A DNA stretch of 14,004 bases from Elusimicrobiota bacterium. GTDB lineage: Bacteria > CG03 > SLGR01 > JBDRKX01. A program made the translations under genes and the position numbers. The notes under the pieces were generated by a model. That model was not told where the DNA came from. It did no database searches and was given only the letters and a program-made list of their open reading frames with translations. This document shows positions 1 through 7,913 of this stretch, piece after piece (within the stretch, counting starts at the first letter, position 1; each line of letters begins with the position of its first letter). The stretch is from contig JBDRKX010000109.1 in NCBI GenBank assembly GCA_043813605.1, positions 1 through 14,004 on the forward strand, read 5' to 3'.

Positions 1-91
1 ATAGCCTAATCCTCCTTCTTTACCGACGATGTCGGAACGGTTCCGCCTATACAACGTAACCATTATAAAGAAATGATTAGGCTATTTACAA
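1..91 (-). promoter_or_regulatory. Sigma70-type promoter and strong Shine-Dalgarno for a minus-strand gene that starts at the left window edge
   Basis: Minus strand reads TTGTAA (91-86), 18-bp spacer, TATAAT (67-62). AAGGAGG (17-11) is followed by 8 nt and then AT (2-1), consistent with an ATG cut by the window edge. Confidence 0.65.
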
Positions 92-138
92 CTTTCTAAT
101 TTGGACATATATGATACCGCTATTCAAAACAATTCCTC

Positions 139-636
139 TTAGAGCCAGCCGAATATCTTCCCGAAAAAACCTTTTTTTCTTTTAACCGAAAAATATATCC
201 TGCTCTTTAATGCAGCTTTGATTTTCCCGTCTTTCCCGAGTGTCTGGGAAAAGAGCGAAGCCTGGTAACTCCTGCCTGCATACTGTTTATCTTTAGGGAT
301 TTTCAGGAATATATCCGTTATGCCCCATTCACCGGACTCTATATTTAGTATGCTATTTTCCACTGTTATCCATGTTTTATCAGGTAATACTTCATAATCT
401 TCTTTAAGTTCATTCTCAGCCGGGCTTTTTATATCAACTTTTACTGTCAACCTGCTCTTCCCGGTATTCTTTATCTTAAGCGGCATATCCTTCTCTTCGG
501 TAAACGAATAGGTGCGGCCGGGTTCGATATCATGCAATGAACACTCTGTAAACGGTGTGATTATACCTGACGCCGAAAGGAAAGCATTCAATCCCAGTAT
601 AATAAGAAAGACAGCAGAATAGAGTATTCTCGTCAT
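139..636 (-). CDS. Exported hypothetical protein, probably beta-sandwich/Ig-like, with a C-terminal amphipathic basic tail
   Basis: 165 aa. Hydrophobic N-terminus (MTRILYSAVFLIILGLNAFLSASG) and a beta-strand-like IKNTG motif; ends in KRKKGFFGKIFGWL. ATGA overlap with the NYN gene. Confidence 0.7.
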   Translation of the reverse strand: MTRILYSAVFLIILGLNAFLSASGIITPFTECSLHDIEPGRTYSFTEEKDMPLKIKNTGKSRLTVKVDIKSPAENELKEDYEVLPDKTWITVENSILNIESGEWGITDIFLKIPKDKQYAGRSYQASLFSQTLGKDGKIKAALKSRIYFSVKRKKGFFGKIFGWL

Positions 637-1121
637 TTTTCCCGTAAAAGTCCTTTTTTCTTGAGAAAATCTCTGTTTATATCTTCCATCTCTTCGCTGG
701 TCAGGTTTTTTCCGCTGACTGTCCTGTATCCTGCCGGTCTTTTTTCTGTAAAAAGCCTTGATAAAAAATCATCGCTGCTCATCGTTTTGGCGCCTTTTAT
801 AGAGACATACTTTATTATAGCTTTATCATTTGTAACGACTATAAGCCTTCTGGGATTATCCGAGTTGTCGACGAACTTCTTTATGTGCCAATCAGCTTCT
901 TTACCGCTCGTGAACCTTACATCAAGCCTTTTTTCACGCGGAGAATCTATACCGGGCTGACCGTCAAAAAAAAGCGTTATCATGTTCCTGCCGGAACCTT
1001 CAGGCCGTTTTTCTATTATCAGGTCTATCAGCCTGTCTCTTGCCGTTCTGAGCTTACCTGGGAAATCTCCGGAATGTGTTTCTATCAGATTATAACCGTC
1101 CAGAAGATAATGGACAGACAT
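633..1121 (-). CDS. NYN domain (YacP/Rae1-like, PIN fold) ribonuclease
   Basis: Motifs YLLDGYNL, FFDG, ADWHI and VVTNDKAI carry the conserved NYN_YacP acidic residues. Confidence 0.85.
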   Translation of the reverse strand: MSVHYLLDGYNLIETHSGDFPGKLRTARDRLIDLIIEKRPEGSGRNMITLFFDGQPGIDSPREKRLDVRFTSGKEADWHIKKFVDNSDNPRRLIVVTNDKAIIKYVSIKGAKTMSSDDFLSRLFTEKRPAGYRTVSGKNLTSEEMEDINRDFLKKKGLLREK

Positions 1122-2734
1122 CAGTACCTCCTGAGCTTGTCAGGGACTTTCCATTCGATAAAATTATGCGTGATACCGGCTTTTTCCAGGGTGATATTAG
1201 TGAACCTCGCGTGCAGAACCTGTTTCGTATCGGCAAAATAGAGGAACAGGTAAGGCTGCTCTTCGTGGAGGATGGTATGTATCCGCTTGTATATCTCTTT
1301 TCTCTTTTTCAGGTCAAATTCCCTCCTGCCTTCAAGGAGCAGCCTGTCGACTTCCGGGTTAGAATACCCCGTAAAATTATACTGGCCTTCTTTCTGCTGC
1401 GACGAATGCCATATAGAATAGTTATCGGGATCCACAGATAATGACCAGCCTATGATAATAGCGTCGAACTGCCGTTTATCTATGTACTGATGTATGAACG
1501 AACTCCATTCCTGGATCCTTATCTTTACATCTATGCCTATTTTTTTAAGCTGGTTCTGTATGACTTCGCATGTCAGTTTTCTTACACTGTTACCCTGGTT
1601 GGTCATGAGCGTGAACGAGAACGGTTTACCGTCTTTCTCCAGTATCCCGGTTGCGGTATTCATTTTCCAGCCGGCAGCTTTAAGCAGGTCACGGGCTTTA
1701 TCGGGAAAATACCCCCTATCCTTTATATCCGCGTTATAGGCCCACGAGACAGGAGGATACGGCCCGCTGGCAGTACTGCCCAAACCCAGCAGTACCGCAT
1801 CGATTATCTCCTGTTTGTTGACTGCGTAGTCTATCGCCTGCCTTACCCTTACATCGGAAAAAAGCTCGTTCTTGAGGTTATAGCCCATGTATGCGTATTG
1901 GAACGAAGGATACTTGTACCTGTTATATTTCTCGAGAAAACTTTCTTTTGAGGTCTCTTTTATCCACTGGTCTGGTGTGGGCGACATCCAGTCAATGGTT
2001 TCCCTGTTAAGTTCCATGAACTGTACCGAAATATCAGGTATTATCTTGTAGACTATCCTAGATATACCGGGTTCTCCTTCGAAATATTTTTCATTTGATT
2101 CCAGTATGATCCGGTCGTCGGTATTCCAGCTGATAAACCTGTACGGGCCGGTACCTATCGGTTCCCTGTTATGCGGGTTGGTATTGATATCCGTACCGGC
2201 AAATATATGTTCCGGCAGTATACCCATACCCCAGCTGGGAAGTGCCGGAGAGAACGGTTCTGAGTATTCCACAATAAAAGTATGTTTATCCGGCACAGAT
2301 ACTTTTTTTACTTTATCGAATTTTGACGAATACGGTGTTCTTGTGGATGTTGCTTTAAGCACATTGTAAGTATAGAGCACATCCTCTGAATCGAATTTTT
2401 CGCCGTCATGCCAATACACATCTTTCCTGAGATGGAAAATTATCTTGAGCCGGTCTTCGGAGACTTCCCATGATTCGGCAAGATCGCCTTCAAGCTCGAG
2501 GTTCTTGTCATATTTCACCAGGCCGTTGTATACGAACCCGTTTATATCGCCCGACGCGCTGTCGGTAGCAAGAATAGGATTGAGGTAAGACGCGTCCGCT
2601 ATTGATGCCCATATTATCGTACCGCCTTTGGCTTTCTTTCTTTTTGCCTCTATTTCTTCCGAATACACTGCCAGTATGAAAACCAGAAGGACTGTAACGG
2701 AAATATACTTAACTGATCTTGATGCTATAGTCAC
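1121..2734 (-). CDS. ABC transporter peptide-binding protein (SBP family 5, AppA/OppA/DppA-like)
   Basis: 537 aa with a GTG start and GGAG SD. N-terminal hydrophobic segment; family-5 motifs LNP, LAESWEVS..FHLRKDVYWHDG, PIGTGPYRF and VRQAIDYAVN. Confidence 0.92.
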   Translation of the reverse strand: MTIASRSVKYISVTVLLVFILAVYSEEIEAKRKKAKGGTIIWASIADASYLNPILATDSASGDINGFVYNGLVKYDKNLELEGDLAESWEVSEDRLKIIFHLRKDVYWHDGEKFDSEDVLYTYNVLKATSTRTPYSSKFDKVKKVSVPDKHTFIVEYSEPFSPALPSWGMGILPEHIFAGTDINTNPHNREPIGTGPYRFISWNTDDRIILESNEKYFEGEPGISRIVYKIIPDISVQFMELNRETIDWMSPTPDQWIKETSKESFLEKYNRYKYPSFQYAYMGYNLKNELFSDVRVRQAIDYAVNKQEIIDAVLLGLGSTASGPYPPVSWAYNADIKDRGYFPDKARDLLKAAGWKMNTATGILEKDGKPFSFTLMTNQGNSVRKLTCEVIQNQLKKIGIDVKIRIQEWSSFIHQYIDKRQFDAIIIGWSLSVDPDNYSIWHSSQQKEGQYNFTGYSNPEVDRLLLEGRREFDLKKRKEIYKRIHTILHEEQPYLFLYFADTKQVLHARFTNITLEKAGITHNFIEWKVPDKLRRY

Positions 2735-2738
2735 TGAA

Positions 2739-3152
2739 CTACTCCCCTATTATCTTGATAATCAACTTTTTCGGTCTTCTGCCGTCAAACTCGGCATAAT
2801 ATATCTGCTGCCACGGACCGAAATCAAGTTCGCCTGCCGTTACAGGCACCATTACCTGGTGATGCAGCAGAAGGTTCTTCAGATGCGCATCCCCGTTGAC
2901 TTCACCTGTCCGGTGATGCCTGTAATCGACACCGTCCGGCGCCAGTTTCTGGAGCCATGCGTCTATGTCAGCTATGATCCCGCTCTCCGCGTCGTTCACA
3001 TATACGGCTGCAGTGATATGCATCGCCGATACAAGTATAAACCCTTCCATAATTGAACTCTTTTCAAGTTCTCTTTCGACTATGTCCGTTATGTTTATAT
3101 ATTCTCTCTTTTTTGCGGTATTGAATGTATGATAATATGTATGTGATTTCAT
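2739..3152 (-). CDS. yjbQ: YjbQ/UPF0047 family protein (secondary thiamine-phosphate synthase-like)
   Basis: 137 aa; motifs [17 protein letters not shown] and [14 protein letters not shown] are typical of UPF0047. Confidence 0.92.
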   Translation of the reverse strand: MKSHTYYHTFNTAKKREYINITDIVERELEKSSIMEGFILVSAMHITAAVYVNDAESGIIADIDAWLQKLAPDGVDYRHHRTGEVNGDAHLKNLLLHHQVMVPVTAGELDFGPWQQIYYAEFDGRRPKKLIIKIIGE

Positions 3153-4033
3153 CTTTCCTCCGTTTTCTTCCTGTATAACTGGAAAAGGTATTCCATGTTG
3201 TCTCTGAATTTTTTGGCATCCAGTTTTTCCGGCGTGTGTTCAAATACATAATAGGATATTTTTTTGAATTTACCTGCAAAGACTTTCATGACTATGCCGG
3301 ATGTTTTAGGAAACGCGCTTTTCAGATAATCACGGCCCATTGTTATGACAGGCAGCGCGTATTTTTCGTAGATCTCCATCCCGAGAGTAAGGTTGGGTAT
3401 GACTCCTTCGGTGATATCCTTTGTTTCTGTCAACTCGTAACCTCCGGCAGTTATCTTCTTCATAAAAACATCTTTGATCTTGCAGGTTCTGTAAAAAGGT
3501 ATATCTGTCTTCCGAAAATAATCAGCTAATAGGAACCAGCCGCCGGGGACAAGTACCCTATCCAGATTCTTCACCATCTCTCCGGTATCGATATACTGGG
3601 AACTTTCCGACATGAGTACCAGATCGAATTTTTTGTCCGACTGGAACAACTCGAATGTTGTCCTGTGAAACGGTATTGAACCGCCTGGCTTTTCTTTACT
3701 TTTCTCGTAAAAATTCTCGTGAAATTTCTCCTGAAATTTCTCGTGAAAAATAGACTCCTGATAAGCGTCGGGATTAACGCATTCCACCTGATACCCTTTT
3801 TCTTTAAGTTTAAAAGCGGTAGTACCCGTACCGCATCCGACATCGAGTACCGTGCTGACTCCTTCGGGTATCATCCCGACAAGTTCATCAGTATACCTTC
3901 CTTGAGCTTTTCTTGCACCTTCCACTGTGTGCGGCTCATCATCAAACAGACCGAAATGGAGGTCTTCCAGTCCGAGTACGTCGCGGAAGAACCTTAAACC
4001 CCAGTCAGTTTTATCCGGTTTCTTAGAGCTCAA
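3149..4033 (-). CDS. Class I SAM-dependent methyltransferase (sterol/tocopherol MT-like), substrate unknown
   Basis: TTG start with a GGGAGG SD. LHFGLF N-terminal motif, motif [19 protein letters not shown] and VLVPGG. Confidence 0.85.
   Translation of the reverse strand: MSSKKPDKTDWGLRFFRDVLGLEDLHFGLFDDEPHTVEGARKAQGRYTDELVGMIPEGVSTVLDVGCGTGTTAFKLKEKGYQVECVNPDAYQESIFHEKFQEKFHENFYEKSKEKPGGSIPFHRTTFELFQSDKKFDLVLMSESSQYIDTGEMVKNLDRVLVPGGWFLLADYFRKTDIPFYRTCKIKDVFMKKITAGGYELTETKDITEGVIPNLTLGMEIYEKYALPVITMGRDYLKSAFPKTSGIVMKVFAGKFKKISYYVFEHTPEKLDAKKFRDNMEYLFQLYRKKTEER
3701..3748. repeat. 4 x 12-bp imperfect tandem repeat inside the methyltransferase ([16 protein letters not shown])
   Basis: Plus-strand units tttctcgtaaaa, attctcgtgaaa, tttctcctgaaa and tttctcgtgaaa. 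Confidence 0.9.
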
Positions 4034-4490
4034 TTAACTCTGCCTCCCTCTTGTTCAAATCCGCAATAGCGACGGTACATCTCCCTGAAAGCCAGCCGGA
4101 ACATTCCCCGGGATTGACGACTATTGTCGAGCCGTTCTCTATTACAGGCTCGTGGGTATGGCCGTATATGTAGAGATCACAGTCCTGCGGCACTTCCGGC
4201 AGCGGCCGGTGAGTAAGTATGATCTTTTTATCACCGAGCTCTATCTTTTTCCAGCCGGCTGATATTTCGGCTACTCCTTCAAAGAATTTTATAAGTGTTT
4301 CCCTGTCCCCGTCATTGTTGCCGAACACGCCTGTCATCGGTGCGTTGAGTGATTTGAACGCCCTTACAGTGAACGGTGAAACGAAATCGCCCGCATGGAG
4401 CACAAGTTCCACTTTACGCTCATTGAACAGGTCTACCGCTTTACTGATAACAGGAAGATTATCATGTGTATCCGATATTATTCCGATCAT
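4023..4490 (-). CDS. Metallophosphoesterase, MJ0936/YfcE/Vps29 family
   Basis: Calcineurin-like motifs ISDTHDN, HAGD, GNND, LTH, GHTH and NPG. Confidence 0.92.
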   Translation of the reverse strand: MIGIISDTHDNLPVISKAVDLFNERKVELVLHAGDFVSPFTVRAFKSLNAPMTGVFGNNDGDRETLIKFFEGVAEISAGWKKIELGDKKIILTHRPLPEVPQDCDLYIYGHTHEPVIENGSTIVVNPGECSGWLSGRCTVAIADLNKREAELIEL

Positions 4491-6244
4491 TTTTTTGCCC
4501 CGCTTTTTCTTCTTGCTTTAATAAAAGTTTCCAGTTGTTTTAAACTCATTGTATTAATAAGATCGCTTTTTTCAAGCCAGCCGCGTCTTGCGACTGAAAC
4601 TCCGTATTCAATGAGCCATAACCCGTCACCCGAATGCGAGTCTGAACCTATAGAGAGTTTCACCCCTTTGGACACCGCTTCTTTTGCAAGATTATATGAA
4701 AGGTCGAGTCTTGACGGATGAGCGTTTATCTCTATCACGGTATGCGTAAGTACGGCCTCTTCTATTATTCTGTGTATATCTACCGCATAGGGTTCCCTCT
4801 CGTTCAGGAGCCTTCCCGTAGGATGAGCAAGTATATCTACATACGGATTATTGAGAGCAGCTATGATCCTTTGTGTGATCATTTCTTCCGGTTCCTTGAA
4901 CCCGGAATGGATCGCGGCTATCACTATGTCGAGTTCTTTCAGTATATCATCATCGTAATCGAGCGACCCGTCTTTTTTTATGTCGACTTCAGCTCCGCAT
5001 AGTATCTTTATACCCGTTCTATCGGTCTTCTTGCTAAATTTCTTGTTAAGTTTCTTGATCTCTTTGATCTTTTTCTCCAGCCGGGATTCGTCAAGCCCGT
5101 TCGCTATATGAAGTGATTTGGAATGATCTGTTACAGCTATCCATTCATAACCCATCTTTTGAGCACTTAGCGCCATCTCTTCTATCGTGTTTTCACCGTC
5201 TGAATATACGGAATGCATATGCGTATCGCCTTTAATCTCACTCATTTTCAAGAGTTTCGGCAGACGGCCTTCAACCGCCGCGTCTATCTCGCCCATATTC
5301 TCCCTCAACTCCGGTTCGATATATGACATACCGAGCGTTTCGTAAACTTCTTTTTCGGTTTTCGAAGAAATGTTCTTCTTCCCTTTAAAGACCCCGTATT
5401 CATTCAGTTTCAATCCGAGTTTTATCGCGTGTTTCCGCAAAACTATGTTATGCGATTTCGAGCCGGTAAAATACTGCAGCGCCGCTCCCCAAGCGTCTTC
5501 CTCAATATGCCTCAAGTCCACTTGGCAGGTATCTTCCCATATAAAAGATGTCTTTTTATCACCATGCGCGATAATATCTTCTTCAGGAAGATCTTTGATG
5601 AATTCGGAAGTAACATCAACAGGATCTTTATCAGATACAAACAGTATATCTATGTCACCTATTGTCTCACTCCTGCGTCTGAGCGAGCCTGCGGGTTCGG
5701 CTTTTTTTACACCGGGAATCTTTTTAAGTTTGACAAGGACTTCCCGTGCTGTCTCTTCTGCGTATGGGAGCAATATCCGTTCGGCATACCGTTTCCTGTC
5801 CTTTATCGCTTCGATTATATTATTCTCTGTTTTCTCACCGAACCCGTCTAGTTCCTTTAACCGGTGTTCTTTTATGCCTTTCTCGAGATCTTCTATACTG
5901 CTTATGCCGAGTTTTTCATATGCCATTTTTGCCTTTTTCGGGCCCATGCCCGGAAGCGCCATTATATCCAATAGCCCTGCCGGTATTTCTTTGAGAAGTC
6001 TGGTATGTTCTTCGAAATCACCCGTTTCAATAAAATCGATGATAACACCGGCAAGCTTTTTGCCAATACCAGGAAGCTTCACAAGGTTGCCTTCGGCAAC
6101 TATCTCTTTTATATCACCGTCAAGATGAAGGATAGTGTTTGCCGCTTCCCTGTAAGCTCTTACCCGGAAGAAATCACCGTATTTGAAATTAATGAGTTCG
6201 GCGGTCTCTTCGAGTATTTTTGCCAGCCTGGATTCCGTGCTCAT
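4487..6244 (-). CDS. polX: DNA polymerase X / PHP 3'-5' exonuclease
   Basis: 585 aa. FRVRAY, HhH motifs (LPGIGKK, LPGMGPKKA), AGSLRR, catalytic GDIDIL and QVDLR, YFTGSKSHN. PHP motifs DTHMHS, TDHS, GAEVD, AHPTGR and SDSH. Confidence 0.96.
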   Translation of the reverse strand: MSTESRLAKILEETAELINFKYGDFFRVRAYREAANTILHLDGDIKEIVAEGNLVKLPGIGKKLAGVIIDFIETGDFEEHTRLLKEIPAGLLDIMALPGMGPKKAKMAYEKLGISSIEDLEKGIKEHRLKELDGFGEKTENNIIEAIKDRKRYAERILLPYAEETAREVLVKLKKIPGVKKAEPAGSLRRRSETIGDIDILFVSDKDPVDVTSEFIKDLPEEDIIAHGDKKTSFIWEDTCQVDLRHIEEDAWGAALQYFTGSKSHNIVLRKHAIKLGLKLNEYGVFKGKKNISSKTEKEVYETLGMSYIEPELRENMGEIDAAVEGRLPKLLKMSEIKGDTHMHSVYSDGENTIEEMALSAQKMGYEWIAVTDHSKSLHIANGLDESRLEKKIKEIKKLNKKFSKKTDRTGIKILCGAEVDIKKDGSLDYDDDILKELDIVIAAIHSGFKEPEEMITQRIIAALNNPYVDILAHPTGRLLNEREPYAVDIHRIIEEAVLTHTVIEINAHPSRLDLSYNLAKEAVSKGVKLSIGSDSHSGDGLWLIEYGVSVARRGWLEKSDLINTMSLKQLETFIKARRKSGAKK

Positions 6245-7041
6245 TTTATCTTCATACCCGCATACCCTACTACCCGGCCGGTATCACCGGAAGCTTCGGC
6301 ACTCGTATTGTAATGAACCAGTTCGGCACTGCCGGCACCGAGATCCACACAGGCTTTGAGAACAACCGCCGCGGCGACAGCGCCGCACATGGATATGTTT
6401 TCCCTTTCTACTACTTCCATAAGGCCGCGATAATCAAGAGCTTCTATCTTTTCTATAGCCATCCTGTCATACTTTTCTGCTTCCTGTTCACTGATAAAAT
6501 GCGACATATCGGAAGAGGCTACCATGAGTATATCTTTATCAGATTCTTCTATTATCTTTGAAAAAGCCGCGCCTACATCTTCTATGACATTTATGTCATG
6601 CGTACCTATCGTTATCGGAACGAATTTTACGGCAGGATTGATACGGTATAAAAAAGGCAGCTGTACTTCAAGTGAATGTTCATTCAGATGCGCCATCGTA
6701 TCGGATTGGGCATATGAACTGTATGACAGCAGTTTTGCGGAAATATCTTCATCTATCTCTATATCTTTACCGGGTATGGACCATTTCCCGGTATCCATAA
6801 CGCTCACAGCCGCGCCAAGACCGGTATGGTTCGGCCCGACAAGCAGTATCGTATCGGGTATGATTACCTGGCTGTATGTAAGTCCGGCGACTTTACCGGA
6901 ATAGACATACCCGGCATGCGGAACGATAATAGCCTTAACAAGTTCGGCTTCACTTCTAACAAGGTATTTATCTACTTCTTTATATAGAGTGTCCGGTATT
7001 GCCGGATAAAACATACCCGCGACAGAAGCTTTTCTTATCAT
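6241..7041 (-). CDS. amrB: AmmeMemoRadiSam system protein B (MEMO1 family)
   Basis: Motifs R..VAGMFYP, PHAGYVYSG, GPNH, EHSLEVQLPFL, ASSDMSH, SMCG and VVGYA; GGAGGT SD. Confidence 0.95.
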   Translation of the reverse strand: MIRKASVAGMFYPAIPDTLYKEVDKYLVRSEAELVKAIIVPHAGYVYSGKVAGLTYSQVIIPDTILLVGPNHTGLGAAVSVMDTGKWSIPGKDIEIDEDISAKLLSYSSYAQSDTMAHLNEHSLEVQLPFLYRINPAVKFVPITIGTHDINVIEDVGAAFSKIIEESDKDILMVASSDMSHFISEQEAEKYDRMAIEKIEALDYRGLMEVVERENISMCGAVAAAVVLKACVDLGAGSAELVHYNTSAEASGDTGRVVGYAGMKIK

Positions 7042-7081
7042 ACTACACCTCCGGTTTAATCCATATACTGCGATTTCATAG

Positions 7082-7110
7082 ATTATAAATAATAGTTGTC
7101 TAAATCACAA
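7082..7110 (-). promoter_or_regulatory. Putative sigma70 promoter for the amrB-polX operon
   Basis: Minus strand TTGTGA (7110-7105), 17 bp, TATAAT (7087-7082). Confidence 0.55.
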
Positions 7111-7134
7111 TCGTACGAAAATAATCCCTACAAT

Positions 7135-7163
7135 TTGTATTTGCTGAAATGATTTAATAAAAT
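7135..7163 (+). promoter_or_regulatory. Putative sigma70 promoter for the MBL hydrolase, near-leaderless
   Basis: TTGTAT (7135-7140), 17 bp, TAAAAT (7158-7163). The ATG follows 9 nt later and no SD is visible. Confidence 0.5.
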
Positions 7164-7172
7164 CTTTCTGTC

Positions 7173-7913
7173 ATGAAGATATATTTTATCGGTACAGGTT
7201 CGGCTGTGGCTACGGCAAAAAGAGATAACACCTCGCTCTATTTCGAAACGGATGACTGGAACCTATTAGTCGACTGTCCCGGCAGTATTATCTATAAATT
7301 CTCGCTGCTCAATATCGATTACACAAAACTGCAGGGTATACTAATAACGCATAAACATCCCGATCATATGTACGGACTGCCTTCTGTCATCCATGCACTT
7401 GATCCATTCAGTATCAGGCTGCCGGTATACGCTTCTCCCAAGATAATACCTGATATAAAAAAACTGCTCGATGTTTTCGATATAGCGGATAAGGCCGATC
7501 TCTTAACACTCCGAGATTTTACAAGTAAAAATCCTGCTATAGAGACATTTTCCACTAAACATACGCCAGAATCCGTTGGTATAATGATAATGGAGAACGG
7601 AAAAAAGACAGTCTACACATCCGATACCGGCCCTATACCTGAATTCAAGGATATCGCTATAGGGAGCAATTATCTTATTCATGACTGTTTCGCGCCGGTA
7701 TCTTATGCCGACAGGATCCCTCAGCTTGAAAAGACTCATACTTCGGCAGAGAAACTTGCAAAAATGGCTGAAACCTGCAAAGTAAAGAACCTCGTGCCGA
7801 TACATTTTTCGGGTGAACACAAGTTTTCTGTTGATGAGATTAAAGCGGAACTTGAGAAGAATTATTCCGGAAACATCATTATCCCCGAAGACCTTTCTGT
7901 TTTAGAAGTGTAG
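7173..7913 (+). CDS. Metallo-beta-lactamase fold hydrolase, RNase Z-like (short form)
   Basis: Motifs FIGTGSA...RDNT, LLVDC, HxHxDH (THKHPDH), YTSDT, IHDC, HT and PIHF. Confidence 0.88.
   Translation: MKIYFIGTGSAVATAKRDNTSLYFETDDWNLLVDCPGSIIYKFSLLNIDYTKLQGILITHKHPDHMYGLPSVIHALDPFSIRLPVYASPKIIPDIKKLLDVFDIADKADLLTLRDFTSKNPAIETFSTKHTPESVGIMIMENGKKTVYTSDTGPIPEFKDIAIGSNYLIHDCFAPVSYADRIPQLEKTHTSAEKLAKMAETCKVKNLVPIHFSGEHKFSVDEIKAELEKNYSGNIIIPEDLSVLEV

Noticed and set aside
633..1121. NYN/PIN gene as a toxin-antitoxin or defence toxin
   Set aside because: There is no adjacent antitoxin-like ORF, and the motifs fit the stand-alone YacP-like family.
3701..3748. CRISPR array or iteron interpretation of the tandem repeat
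   Set aside because: The units are 12 bp, have no spacers, and lie in frame inside a CDS.
5370..6128. 252-aa plus-strand ORF, and the other plus-strand ORFs between 661 and 6904
   Set aside because: Antisense shadows of well-supported minus-strand genes; Ser/Phe/Ile-rich with no recognisable motifs.
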